A stretch of 61,791 bases of DNA, counting the filler, from Basidiobolus ranarum (taxonomy: Eukaryota): the NCBI GenBank assembly GCA_040143965.1. It is 20 parts of 20 records of this genome, joined end to end, with 100 filler letters (N's around TTAATTAATTAA, not from the genome) between each part and the next. Parts side by side here need not be neighbours in the genome. Positions count along the whole stretch, not along the records: positions 1 to 3,011 come from JASJQH010009669.1; positions 3,112 to 6,119 come from JASJQH010009670.1; positions 6,220 to 9,226 come from JASJQH010009671.1; positions 9,327 to 12,330 come from JASJQH010009672.1; 16 more parts are not named here. One strand, 5' to 3'. The notes beneath the pieces were generated by a model. That model searched no databases. It saw only the letters and a list, made by a program, of their open reading frames with translations, and was not told the origin of the DNA. Numbering within the stretch: the first letter of the stretch is position 1; each line of letters starts with the position of its first letter. Below, piece after piece: positions 1 to 12,430 of the stretch. A program made the translations under genes and the position numbers.

Positions 1-253
1 CGGTGTTCAGATTGTCATGTTTCCTGGTATTTGTAGTAAATACTTGTCGTAAGAGTGGGGTATGTGTGCTTGCGGTCTTTATAGTCGGTTGGATATTCTG
101 GTTGCAGTCTGTTACTTGTTGTTCGCATGGTAATGAGCGATAGTGGACTCTGCCAATAGTGCCAGTGCATGGAGAAGAGCAGCCCAGTGGAGTAGCGATC
201 GCAATTTGAAGGGAAGAAGCACCTAAGATGACAGCAATGGGAGTAAAAAGCAT
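1..253 (-). CDS. Secreted Cys-containing protein, tandem paralog 1 (3' end cut by the window edge)
   Basis: My translation from ATG 253 is MLFTPIAVILGASSLQIAIATPLGCSSPCTGTIGRVHYRSLPCEQQVTDCNQNIQPTIKTASTHTPLLRQVFTTNTRKHDNLNT, collinear with ORF 1001..1522 and open to the edge. Confidence 0.8.
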   Translation of the reverse strand, partial: MLFTPIAVILGASSLQIAIATPLGCSSPCTGTIGRVHYRSLPCEQQVTDCNQNIQPTIKTASTHTPLLRQVFTTNTRKHDNLNT

Positions 254-1000
254 GATTAGTATACTCTGAAAATATCGACATCAAGCCTTATATGGCTATA
301 TATATACTTGTAGGCATCATAAAACATAGTTTAGTTAATACTGCACGCTAATGAAATTGAAGGCAAGTTGATTTATTTATTTCAGTGAGCATCTGTTTGA
401 AAATGACCTTTGTATTGATAGTTGGATTTCCAAACACAAGGCGGTGAGATTTAGCTCCGGCTGCGGTTAATGTAAGTAGATTTGCTTATATTAAACACAT
501 ATTGTTTCACCTATGTGGTGTTTATATGTTAATTGGGCAATATATATTATAGCGCTCTATACCTCGTAGTGCTCTTATCTGAACTGCTAAATATTTTAAT
601 AAACATTTCAAAGAACCCTGTCCATCGGTAAGTATCTCATCGACTAGAATCAAGTACCTGTACATGGAGTTGCTACAGATAATCGATAGTTTATATATTC
701 ATTAATTGGCGGCGTTAAAGCAATGGTTTTATATACATATATATTATGTCTTCATTGATTAGCGAACTCAGTATTACTGCTATAGATTATCGACGCTTGT
801 TTCTGTCAGAGTTGTGGTTACTGTCACGTTAATGAGTCAATCTATAAGTTACTGACCCAACTAAGCCTTTCTTCGTGTATTCCACCGATCAGGAGAATTT
901 CCCAATAGATCAAATGCCGTATTGCTAATCTAAACTGAAGTGCGACTTCAATTATTCATAAATCTTCTTTATTCAGCAAACTTGGGTACAAGTAGAAATG

Positions 1001-1522
1001 TCATAGTCCACAATTTTCAGTACATGAGGTTGAAACAGGTACTTGATTGATACAAGGTGCAACACATTCTGTCACTTCGGTAGGTGTTGAGTATTGTGTA
1101 GTTTGACCTGGGATTACCATCAGTGAAGGGAGTTGTGAATTTTCATTTGAGGATTCCGATCCTTTGTGTTTGGCATACTCCGATGCAATAGCATTACCTT
1201 CTACCTCCACACTAGGACCAGTTTGATACTTGACATTGATTCCCTTTCTACTACTAGCGCTAGCGGTATTCAAATTGTCGTGTTTCCTGGTAATTGTGGT
1301 GAATACTTGTCTCAATAGTGGAGTATGTGTGCTTGTTGTCTTGATAACGGGTTGCATTTGAACGTTCTGGTTGCAGTCTGCTACTTGTTGTTCACATGGT
1401 AATGAACGATAGTACACTCTGCTGATAGCGCTAGTACATGGAGAAGAGCAGCCAAGTGGAGCGGCGATGGCAGCTTGAAGGGAAGAAGCAATTAGAATGA
1501 AAGCAACGGAAGTAAAAAGCAT
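1001..1522 (-). CDS. Small secreted protein (173 aa) with N- and C-terminal Cys clusters, tandem paralog 2
   Basis: Intact ORF with a hydrophobic signal peptide, CSSPC..C..C near the start and C..PC..C..C at the end; two neighbouring paralogs. Confidence 0.85.
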   Translation of the reverse strand: MLFTSVAFILIASSLQAAIAAPLGCSSPCTSAISRVYYRSLPCEQQVADCNQNVQMQPVIKTTSTHTPLLRQVFTTITRKHDNLNTASASSRKGINVKYQTGPSVEVEGNAIASEYAKHKGSESSNENSQLPSLMVIPGQTTQYSTPTEVTECVAPCINQVPVSTSCTENCGL

Positions 1523-2065
1523 GATTAGTATACTCTGAATGTATAAACATTGAGATTTACTTGGTTACATATATACTTACGTGCATAATATAATACAGTT
1601 TGGTTAATACTGTAGGCTAATGAAATTAAAGGCAAGTTGCTTTGTTGATTTCAGTTGTCATATGTTTAAAATCGACCTTTGTACTAATTCTTAGATTTCC
1701 AGACCCACATGGGTAAGATATATATTAGCCTGTGGTTAATGTAAATACTTGCTTTTATTAAAGGTAGACTGAAGTATTATATAGTCTCTTTATTCATTAG
1801 TTAACAACATACCAGTTGTAGTTTTGTCCATATATTACGTATTTATTGACAATTTAGCCGAATATTACCGTGTTCGATGATCAATGCCGTTTCATGTTAC
1901 AGTTATTCTCACATTAAGAAGTATATCTACATTATACTGGAGCAGTGTAGCCTTTTCGGGAAAGCTACCAAATGAACTATATCCCTGGTTGCAAATTTAA
2001 CCTGATATCCTACTTAATTTATTCATTAACCTTCTTTATTCAATAAATTTGAGAAGAAGTAGATC

Positions 2066-2582
2066 TTATTGAGCACAATTTAGTGTACATGAAGTTGACA
2101 CAGGTACTTGATTGATGCAAGGTGCAACACATTCAGTCACTTCGGCAGGTGCTGAGTATTGTGTAGTTTGTCCTGGGATTATCATCAGTGAAGGGAGTTC
2201 CGCATTGACATTTGAGGACTCGAACCTTTCTCTTTAGCATTAACCGATACAATAGCGTTTCCTTCTGTTTCCAAACTAGGCCTTGATACTTGACATTGAT
2301 TCCTTTCCTGTTACTTGCGCTAGCAGTGTTCAAATTGTCATGTTTCCTGGTGATTGTAGTGAATACTTGTCTCAACAGTGGAGTCTGTAATCTTGCTGTC
2401 TTGATAACAGATTGCATTTGGACATTCTGGTTGCAATCTGTGGCTTGTTGCTCTCAAGACAATGAACGATAGTAAACTCTTCCGCTGGTGCCGGTGCACG
2501 CAGATGGGCAGCCAAGTGGAGTGTCGATGGAAGTTTAAAGGTAAGCAGCAGCTAGACTAAGAGCAATGGAGGTAAAACGCAT
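2066..2582 (-). pseudogene. Pseudogenised tandem paralog 3 of the same secreted protein
   Basis: ATG at 2582 (MRFTSIALSLAAAYL*) has a CAA>TAA stop at codon 16, and a 4-nt deletion near 2281 shifts the frame relative to paralog 2. Confidence 0.8.
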
Positions 2583-3011
2583 GATGAGTATACTCTGAAT
2601 AGAGCAACCTCGAGCCCTATATTTACTTACATGTATCACTAGGATTTTCAGATCCAAGCTGGTGATATTTAACTTAGCCCGTGGTTAGTGCAATTAGATT
2701 TGTATCTATAAAACATTTAATGAATTTTAGTTACTTAACCTGGATGAGTTATTCAACGGAGTGGTAATTGCAACTTTAAAGGAAGTAAACACTAAGATAC
2801 GTGTGACGGAAGAAAAATGTGAGGTTCAATTTATTATACTTGCTGGTATCATATATTATAGTTTTCTTAGTGTTATGCAATAATGACATTAAAGACACTA
2901 TCGCAGTCTTTATATCACAACAGACTGGGGAAGTAATACATGGCATATGTCCACACCCTTCAACATATAGATATATGATATTCAGTTGGGCAGTTTGACA
3001 CCATTTGTATA

Positions 3012-3111
3012 NNNNNNNNNNNNNNNNNNNNNNNNNNNNNNNNNNNNNNNNNNNNTTAATTAATTAANNNNNNNNNNNNNNNNNNNNNNNNNNNNNNNNN
3101 NNNNNNNNNNN
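3012..3111. other. Artificial contig spacer (44 N + TTAATTAATTAA + 44 N), first of 19 identical spacers
   Basis: The same 100-nt linker, with stops in all six frames, recurs about every 3.1 kb; the flanking segments shrink steadily from 3011 to about 2981 nt. Confidence 0.98.
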
Positions 3112-3859
3112 CTCCCATGTGATCACCGGGTCCACCGCCGTTGCCGCCCATATCACCACCAGGCCCTCCTCCGTTACCGCCATAACCACCCATGTCTCCA
3201 CCACCATTTCCATTCATATCGCCACCAGAACCACCACCGTTACCGGTGTTATAAGCGCCAGCACCTCCACCATTACCACCCATCTCACCACCAGGACCTT
3301 CTCCGTTACCACCATAACCACCCATATCACCACCACCATTTCCGTTCATATTACCGCCAGAACCGCCTCCATTACCAGTGTTATATGCACCAGTACCTCC
3401 ACCAGGTCCTCCTCCATTACTGCCATAACCACCCACATCACCACCGCCATTTCCGTTCATATTGCCACCAGGACCGCCGCCGTTACCGGTGTTATATACG
3501 CCAGCTCCTCCACCATTATCTCCCATGTGATCACCTGGTCCACCGCCGTTGCCGCCCATATCACCCCCAGGTCCTCCTCCGTTACCACCATAACCACTCA
3601 TATCTCCACCACTATTTCTGCTCATATCGCTACCTGGACCTTCACTACTACCAGCACCTCTACTGAAACCTCCACCATTATCTTTAATATTACCTCCAGA
3701 CCCTTCATTATCAGGTCTGTAGCCGTCGTTACCGTCGCCATTGCCGCCTAAACTGCCAGATAGATCGCTAATATCGTAAACTCCGGCTTCATTATTGCCA
3801 GCGCTTACAGTGGATGCGGCTGAAATGATGAAAAGGAGAGCGGGAGCAGAGAATTTCAT
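3112..3859 (-). CDS. Secreted Gly/Asn/Met-rich repeat protein (3' truncated)
   Basis: Signal peptide MKFSAPALLFIISAASTVSA, followed by GGNGGGPGGDM and YNTGNGGG repeats. Confidence 0.85.
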
Positions 3860-5466
3860 ATTTGTGTTTGAGTGTTCCCTTTAGAAAGATTAACGTGTGT
3901 AGGAAGATTTGTGATTGAGAAGAAGGTATCAAGTGGATTTTATAGGAAAAAATTAGGAACTATATTCCTTAATGACATCTGTCAACCAGGTTAATTGAAC
4001 TCACTTGATTCCTTGAGGTTTCATTTTATCTTTTCTCCCTTTAATCGTTTTCCCCTTACCTCCTCTTTATCCTACCAAAATCGAGACATGATGGCGGAAC
4101 ATGTAATCAAATCATTGTTTGGTATGGATCGTTAATAATGTTTACTCGTAAGTGACACACGAATTGACTCCACAGAATCAAGTTCACACGATATATTACG
4201 CAAAAGCACATCATTACTATACATCAGAAGTAAATATTCCGATGAATAGGTTTGTGATTACAAGAATAGATACAATTTTAACGGTTTAAAGAGTATACTC
4301 TACTCCTGAAGACTGATAGTAATCTAATTATACCAATGATTCAAATATTGCCAGCAATAAAATCAATTCGAGTTCGGTCACCATATGGCACATAAAGTCA
4401 CATTGGCGCCCCCTCGTTAGGCTGAATAATCCATATACATTATGGTTGGAATAATATTTATCTTACACAGTAAATTCATAGGCGCAATCAAACGATTCGA
4501 CCTCTATTGAGATTTACATGTTCAAGGAACATCGAGGGTTATTTGACGACTTCATTAGTCTAACTATGGCAATGGCATATAAATCACTATTTGGTTCATT
4601 GATATTTTGAAACGAGTCTAGTGCGTACGCAGCAAAAATGACCAAAAATGTACGTAAGTTCCTTATTCATTCAACAGTAAAATTCATCGATTTAAGAGTA
4701 ATCGAATTACGTGGATATTTGCCGAGTTTAGTACCACTAAAATTATCTGAAGTGTTGATATCTCCTTCATTGCAAGACATATAGGTTCTACCAAAGGATT
4801 CAAAATAATTTCTAGGATGTCCCCATGAAGCATAGTCGATCGCTCAAAACCGGATTTAATTTTAAGGTCATGCAAAGGTCCATGGGTTGAGTGGCTATTG
4901 GATCTATCGTTGATGTTAATATGGATTGTTCTCTCTCACAGGTTTTCAAGTGGTGACCTATATACTAATTCTTAATAGCTGGTGCCTTTCCTGCACAAGT
5001 AGCCGTGAGACAGACTGTCGCATGAACCAACCATTGGCACTAATGATTGTTATTGTATGCATGCATATGAATGTACACATACATAACAACATGAGGCTAA
5101 TCCATGGAAGTGAACAATCTGTTCCTTTGCCATATATATATCAAATAGATGGTAGTAGATACTGCAGAAGATATGATAATACGAGGGAATGTCTGCTATC
5201 ACCTATTTACTAGGGGGTTTATCTACTTCTCATTGAACATTCGAAGTTTCAGATTCTTTTGAAGAGATTATGCTACAACAAATACAATGGCATTGCATTG
5301 CCGAATAACTTCTGCTGATAACTCTATTTCTGTACAAGTCAACTAGTGTTTGTTTTTTTCATATGATAGTAGCTTCACTAATTTAGTTCCATATTGAGGC
5401 TACCGTTAATGGGCAGTAGCTTACTTAGAATTGAGTATAAATACATTGGTAGGTAGTGAGTATAGT

Positions 5467-6119
5467 ATGGAATTGGATATCAGTTTTGTTGGAACCATGA
5501 AGACAGAGATCACGCACGATGATGTAAAAGAATGGACGGAGAGCTCCGAAATCGAGGGTTTAGACGAACTGGAACGCAAAGTCGTTAGGAAAATTGATCT
5601 ACGCTTATTACCGTATCTTAGCCTCATGTATTTGTTCAGCTCCCTAGATAGAGGTGCTATAGGAAACTCCAAAGTGGTAGGAATAGATAAAGATGTCGGA
5701 TTGATTGATAATCAGTGGAATATTGTCCTCACCATTTTCTATATTGGCTTCGTACTGTTCGAAATCCCTTCAAATATTGTACTAAAACACACTTCGGCCA
5801 AAATTTGGTTACCGACTATCATGCTTTTGTGGGGCCTGAGTGCTACACTCACGATATTAGCTAAGAATTTCACAGGTTTGCTTACTGTACGATTCTTTTT
5901 GGGTATGTTCGAAGCCGGCTTCTTCCCTGGTGTAGTATACTACCTCTCCACATTCTATAAGCGCTCCGAAATGGCTTCCAGGATTAGCATCTTCTGGGGA
6001 TCAACAACACTTGCATCAAGTTTTACCGGTCTCGTTTCTTACCGAATTTTTCAAATCGAAGGGGACTTGAGGCCGTGGCAATACTTGTTTCTCATAGAGG
6101 GATTACTGACCATGCTGGT
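5467..6119 (+). CDS. MFS transporter, anion:cation symporter (Dal5/Tna1-like), N-terminal half
   Basis: KIDLRLLP..LMYLFSSLDR..IGN, FEIPSN, RFFLGMFEAGFFPG and WQYLFLIEGLLT motifs; start codon uncertain (5467 or 5497). Confidence 0.9.
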
Positions 6120-6648
6120 NNNNNNNNNNNNNNNNNNNNNNNNNNNNNNNNNNNNNNNNNNNNTTAATTAATTAANNNNNNNNNNNNNNNNNNNNNNNNN
6201 NNNNNNNNNNNNNNNNNNNCTTTTATTTACTCAACTTATATTGGTGGCAGATCTGATTTGCCAATACTATTTATATATGATACTTTCGGTGTAAAAGGCA
6301 AACTTCATTCGATAGAGAGAGGAGAATGGTTCTGTTGAGGGGAAACAATGCAAAAACCAATGCCCCGCATATAACTATAAGAGGCAGCTGCGTAAAACAT
6401 ACCTTAGTTCATACTTGACTCGTAGCAGAAGCACACTTCAAGTAAATCACTTAATACCTCAATGTCTCCAAAGGGGATTCAGGGGGAGGATTAAATTCAA
6501 TAGAACAATCCTTACTATACGCTACACAGCTGGTCGATTAGGATGAACTTCTTTATAAACGTTTACGATCTTCATCCTCTAAAGTGTCACATTGTATGAC
6601 TCTCGATCAAATTTTTCTTCTAACTTCCAAGATCAATTATTCACAATT

Positions 6649-7956
6649 ATGGGTATCTATGAAGGATGGACTACAATCCAGAAGGTCTACTACCCACTGA
6701 CGATCGCATGGAATTTCATTTTGATCTCTACTACAATCCTGTTTATCATGCAGCATAATTCACCTGCCATTCGTTATCGTAGCATTACTTTATCGGTGTT
6801 CATGGTCATTGGAAACTCTCTTGTTACCACGCTTTATCTGGGACGCGAACCTACATATGATCAATTCCCTTGCTTCGTTAATATCTGGGTTTCTTCGGTA
6901 GGAATGCCACTCTGGTTGACCGCTGTAGCCGGTCGCTTTGCTCGTCTAGCATTTCTCTACCACTTCAGTCAAGCTAAGCTTGTAGCAGGTCAAGGTAGCC
7001 AAAATGTGAATGATCACTATATCGACATCATGCCCAAAGAGAAAATCGCCAGCCCACCTACCCTTGTACTCGACCAAAACTGGTATTACAGGCATCGTGA
7101 GAAGTTCACCACGAAGTACATTGTTAAATTGATCAGTGGCGCTCTAGCCTTACAGTTAGCACTGACACTATTGGTTCAAGTATTCACCACGAAGTTCCAA
7201 ATCACACCCACGATTGCTTTGGGCCATTGCCTAGTGGGTTGGGAATTCATCCCTATCTATCTTACCTCTGCTTTCTATGTGTTCGTATTATGCCCACTCT
7301 TCATCTCATGGCTTCGTGGAGTAAACGATGCTTATGGGATCAAACGCGAGTTGATGGCTGACTTCACTCTAGGTGTGGTGGCTTTTCTGCTGTATATTCT
7401 ATTTGCAGCTCTACCAATACTCAAAGGAGTGATTCGAGTATTCCCTGCTGCCCACTGGAGCGTAGTAGCCCTGATGATCAGTCACATATTCAGCATTGTT
7501 CTTCCCACCATCGATGCCATTAAAGGTACTGATAATCAAGTATCTAACTCCAATATGGCCTCATTTGAGTCGATGCTAGAGGATCCCCAACAGTTCGAGA
7601 TCTTCAAAAGATTTTCTCTTCGCGATTTCAGTGTTGAGAATACTTTATTCTATGAACAGGTGAGCAAACTAAGAATGATGTGTGATGGTTTAGAGTATGA
7701 GAAAGAGGGCTTACCGATGAATATTCTAGTCGAGATCAACATGATTTACAATAAGTTTATCGCTAGAGATGCAGAGTTTGAACTAAACCTGGAAGCTGCC
7801 ACTGTGCGTGAGATTCGTCAACGCTTCCAAGCCAAGGATGTTGGTCCGCATGTATTCGATAGAGCATTATTAGAAGTACGCAATTTGATGTTCCGCTATA
7901 CTTATCCACGATTCGTTAAAATGAGTCAAAAGAGTCTACAAGAAACACATATCTAA
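6649..7956 (+). CDS. Multi-pass (7TM-like) membrane protein with a C-terminal RGS domain (GprK/AtRGS1-like)
   Basis: About 7 hydrophobic segments, DAYGIKREL, then RGS motifs FKRFSLRDFSVENTLFY, IYNKFI..AEFELNL and FDRA..EV..LM..TYPRF; no intron seen. Confidence 0.85.
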   Translation: MGIYEGWTTIQKVYYPLTIAWNFILISTTILFIMQHNSPAIRYRSITLSVFMVIGNSLVTTLYLGREPTYDQFPCFVNIWVSSVGMPLWLTAVAGRFARLAFLYHFSQAKLVAGQGSQNVNDHYIDIMPKEKIASPPTLVLDQNWYYRHREKFTTKYIVKLISGALALQLALTLLVQVFTTKFQITPTIALGHCLVGWEFIPIYLTSAFYVFVLCPLFISWLRGVNDAYGIKRELMADFTLGVVAFLLYILFAALPILKGVIRVFPAAHWSVVALMISHIFSIVLPTIDAIKGTDNQVSNSNMASFESMLEDPQQFEIFKRFSLRDFSVENTLFYEQVSKLRMMCDGLEYEKEGLPMNILVEINMIYNKFIARDAEFELNLEAATVREIRQRFQAKDVGPHVFDRALLEVRNLMFRYTYPRFVKMSQKSLQETHI

Positions 7957-8535
7957 GCTAAACGTTATAGACCAATTTTCTTACAAGCATTTTAGAATGA
8001 GCTGGTACCTTTAAAGAGTCACTACTTCGATTTATGGAATACATATGTCAGGTCATTTACTATTATACTGAGTAAAGCTACTACGATGACCAATAGTTAC
8101 GCATGTTTCCACCAAGTTGGTGCCATAATATGTAACTGTTCCACGATTGATTATGATATTTGATCAGTGTGGCAATATCAACTACATTCTTCCAGAATAA
8201 ACAATGCCACTGTATATGAATATTAGACGAAGTAATCTAAAATGCATTTAATATGGGATTGTGTCAATATCGACTACTAGCACTCCATTGGTTGTTGAAA
8301 AAGAGAAAATATCCATGATAACGTGATTTATTTCGTTGACCGATTATTCAATCGATTGTAATTGAGAAATAAGAAAATCAAGATCCTAAAGAAAGAAGGG
8401 AATCTGGTGGGAGAAACTTGCCACTGTACAGATTATATCTTTTTATTCCCTGTGGTATTTTTTAAGAACAAAAAGGTAAGCGAATTGAATGTTTGAAAAG
8501 ATATATTTGGAAAAGAGGATGTAAATAAATGAAAT

Positions 8536-9226
8536 CTATTCAACAACGGTGGCAGCCTCGCTGGCAGTGGCACCAGCGGCGGCTGCGGCAGAAGTGGCAA
8601 CAGCATTCTCTCTCTTTTCAATACTGGAAGCAAGGACTTGAGAGCGGAAAGAAAGTCCCTTCGTGCGCTCAATAACTTGTTGGTAGATAGAAGGATAGTT
8701 CGTGTTCATAATTACAGTGTTTTCTTTGAAATCGATCTTGGCATCAACACGAGTGTCACGAATAAGGTTGACGATCCATTTCTCACCTTCATCCTGAGAC
8801 AGATATAAGGTGTGGGACAAATCACTGATATCAATCTTTTGATGAATACGACAGTAGGTTTCAGAGATGAAGCAACGGGCGTTCTCAATGAAGTCGTCCA
8901 AAGTAGCAACCAAGAAGAAGTCGTTAGCAAGAACTTGCTCGCATTCACTCAACTTCTTTTGGGCCCCTTCAAAATCGAAGTTGACGTAAAGACATTTGAT
9001 GAACTCGGTGATAGGATCCTTGTAAGTATAGGATTCCTGCTCAATGATACGGACGAGGTCCTTCATGATGCTCTTTCTACGCTTGTTGGTGATCACAGCA
9101 GTGGTAAGATAACGAAGGATCCAAGGACAGCTGGATTGAATGGTACTAATGAACTGAGGTTGGAAGAACATGTCAATGCTACCATCACGGCCCTTGGGAT
9201 GATTGAAGAAAACAAACAAGGACCAG
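8536..9226 (-). CDS. eIF3e: Translation initiation factor 3 subunit E (PCI domain), C-terminal part
   Basis: [33 protein letters not shown] and [17 protein letters not shown] match eIF3e/Int6. Confidence 0.93.
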
Positions 9227-9326
9227 NNNNNNNNNNNNNNNNNNNNNNNNNNNNNNNNNNNNNNNNNNNNTTAATTAATTAANNNNNNNNNNNNNNNNNN
9301 NNNNNNNNNNNNNNNNNNNNNNNNNN

Positions 9327-10546
9327 TATTCGGCTACCGTGTCTCAACTACCTCTGCTACCCCGTCAAATAATGCAGGAAGCCAACCTTTGAATGAATCT
9401 GATGTAGGGAAATCAGGGAACAAGAACTCCAAAGATTTATTAGAAGAGGCGAATTTCTGGATTCGTAGACTACAAAAAAGCGGGGACCCAGAAGCTACAT
9501 ATATTCTAGGTACCTGGATTGAAAATGGCCTCAATGGATTTACCCCAAATCCTGATAAGGCGTTCGCACTTTATAACAGGTCCTCAAAGTTAGGCTATGT
9601 GAAGGCAATATACAAAGTAGCAGTATACCATGAGAAAAGAAAAGAGTATTCAAAAGCGCAACAGTTCTATTTGAAAGCAGCAAGCCAAGGAAGCATATGT
9701 GCTAACTATGTACGTTACTTTTAAAACGATGAGTACTGACTTTTGTCAAGTATTCATTTGACTTCAACACTCTTTTCTAAGATTCTAACATTACACTATT
9801 GTTGATTCCTTTTTACTTAGAGACTTGCCAAAGCCTATATGCATGGAGAAATGAAACTTAAAGCAAATATAAACCAAGGGATCCTTTATCTCAGCCGAGC
9901 AATTAGTAATATAGACTCCTTTGAATGCCCTGAAGCATCATATGTTTACGGGTTGATTTTGGCAAATGATTACGGGCACGTAGATATATCCTCGGTTCCT
10001 AAAGATACTGGAATGGGCCAGGATCTGATTGAAAAGTCCGCCGAACTGGGCTATACTCCTGCACTTTACAAACTTGGGTATGCATACGAATTTGGAGAGC
10101 TAGAGTACAAATTAGACCCTGCGAAATCAATCTTTTACTATAACCAAGGGGCAGAGCGTGGAGATCCGGAGTGTCAAATGGGCCTATCTGGTTGGTACTT
10201 AAGTGGAGTACCAAATGTCTTGGAACCAAATGATGATTTGGCCTATAGTTGGTGCAATCAAGCAGCATCCAAAGGCTTACCGAAGGCGGAATTTGCTATG
10301 GGCTATTATTACGAGCTGGGTATAGGAGTACCAAAAGATATATCCATGGCAAATTTCTGGTACGTTCGAGCTGCTTCGCATGGTAGTAAAGATGCTCAGA
10401 GGCGACTAGAAAGAGGTGAAGAAAGCGTTGCTCTTCAGAACCACTCACATTTTAATATCAGTGGTGGAGCGCAAGGGCTGAAGAAAGAGTTTGGGACGAT
10501 CAAGCATCAGAAAAAACAAAACAAAGAGGATTGCATTATTTCATGA
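9327..10546 (+). CDS. Sel1-repeat protein, Chs4/Skt5-like chitin synthase activator (5' truncated; intron 9710-9820)
   Basis: Sel1 repeats (ALYKLGYAYEFG, CQMGLSGWYLSG, AEFAMGYYYELGIG); the GTACGT...TTAG intron joins ANY to RLAKAYM in frame; ends in the CaaX box CIIS. Confidence 0.88.
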
Positions 10547-10869
10547 GATTACTTATTCAATAACAGAGATTAATAGACCTAGTGATGTACTCACCACTTT
10601 TACTCATTAACTCTAAGAATACAACACCAGATATACTCAACCTATTTGTAGTTTATACTTGACCTTTTCCTTTAACGAAGTCCAATCACGCCACCTCTCA
10701 ATATTGTTTCAACTCTGGTTTTCTTCACTTATACGTTTACCGTTAATTTAGACTGTGAACAAGATTTTATAGATAACAGATTTATTTTATCCCTACTATG
10801 TTTCAACATCTGCTTGAAAGATTGTAAAAGGCAGGACCTTAGTAACCAAGCTTCCATTTTTTTTATCGA

Positions 10870-12114
10870 ATTATAAAGAACTAGATTGCCTTTTCTCAAG
10901 CACTTCAAAATTTACTCCGAATACAAGAAAGCCTTCATATTTCCTATTTTACAGAACAAATTGGTTTAGAACCCTTCTGCTGCTGTCCAAAACAGATGTG
11001 CTCAAATGAATCTTAGCGGCGAAAGTGTTATATGGATATATAGATCAGATAGTATATTCATGAATAGATACCTCAAAGTTTCCTCCCTGTCATTTTTGGA
11101 ATTTTCTATTTATCACATATATTAGTGACAACTTGAGTGTAGGAAATGACGAGATGCTTTACTGATTAGTGTGAATATAGGGCGCTACGTTGTTGCACTA
11201 CAAGCTCAAGTTTTAAACCATTTATTTTCGTCAGAATATTTACTATCAGTAATATACACGCATGAATAAGTTGAAATATATTTAACTTTTTTATTGCTAC
11301 AAAATAACTTTAAGGTCAACTTTACATTTACATTATATTCCGTTGAGAAGTATTTCCAAGATAATCACTTGTTTTAAAGATAGAATCTTGCGTCAAGTGT
11401 GGCTTAACCTCATTCTAAATAACGTGGATATGACAATTGAGGGTAAATAAATATCTTAATAATATCTAAAAGCTAAGCTTACCACACGTAGACGACCAAA
11501 TACTTTCCCTAAAGCATTTGGTTGTAAAGAAGCCGAGGTTTCATTTACACGAGAGCTCACTTCGTCCACAGTATCCTTGACCATGTTTACGAATTGCTAA
11601 TGGAAATAGATAATCTTCAATAATCTGAAGGTGTAAATTGAATTGTCTTCACAAATGAAATACCTCTAATTTATCGATTTTATGATAAAGAATTTCTAAC
11701 TTCTCAGAAGTCTCCAAAAAACCACTTCGCGAGAGTGCTGCCGATTCATCAACAATATCACTAACCTATTTATCAATATGAACAGTTGAATATCAACTTA
11801 TCTAAGTGAATTTCAACCTGGAGTATTGAACTACCTCAAGTAAATTATCTCGTATATCCTTTAGTTGAGAATTCTTAGCCCTTAATGAATCTTTTAACGA
11901 GCCTAACTATAATAAAAAATGTTGAAAAAAAAGGTTTCAATGGATCTGAGCGTTCTTGATAGCGATGTACCTTTCTCTCATCATATTCACTGCTCAAAAG
12001 CAAAGAGAGATCCACAGCTAAACGAAAACGAGTAAGGTAATGACCTTGCTGAATTGATAGGATAGTATATTTACCAGTTTCGTGTATACTTTGTGATAAA
12101 TCAGTATTTGACAT
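10870..12114 (-). CDS. Probable multi-exon gene of unknown function
   Basis: ATG at 12114, then short open exons bounded by GT..AG (e.g. VDLSLLLSSEYDERK; QFVNMVKDTVDEVSSRVNETSASLQPNALGKVFGRLRV; NEVKPHLTQDSIFKTSDYLGN). Exon structure and 3' end are uncertain. Confidence 0.4.
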
Positions 12115-12430
12115 AGCAGAAATACGTATAGTGAATATCAACAAAAAATAAAGGAAATAAGTTAGTGAAGAGGAGAAAGAGGCTTCGATATACACTACTA
12201 TAAACTGGCTCCAAAAATGAAGCCAAAAAAAATGTCCTCCGAAGAGGTGTCCACTCAATCTTTACGTGTCTTCCTTGTGGAGGGGCCAGGCTATTATTCT
12301 GTGTATCGTTCCAATTTTTTCATGTGTCAGNNNNNNNNNNNNNNNNNNNNNNNNNNNNNNNNNNNNNNNNNNNNTTAATTAATTAANNNNNNNNNNNNNN
12401 NNNNNNNNNNNNNNNNNNNNNNNNNNNNNN

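Noticed and set aside
15-284. 89-aa ORF in the track
   Set aside because: Wrong frame; the paralog-matching frame starts at ATG 253
3119-3751. Thr/Ile/His-rich plus-strand ORFs
   Set aside because: Antisense shadows of the Gly-rich repeat gene
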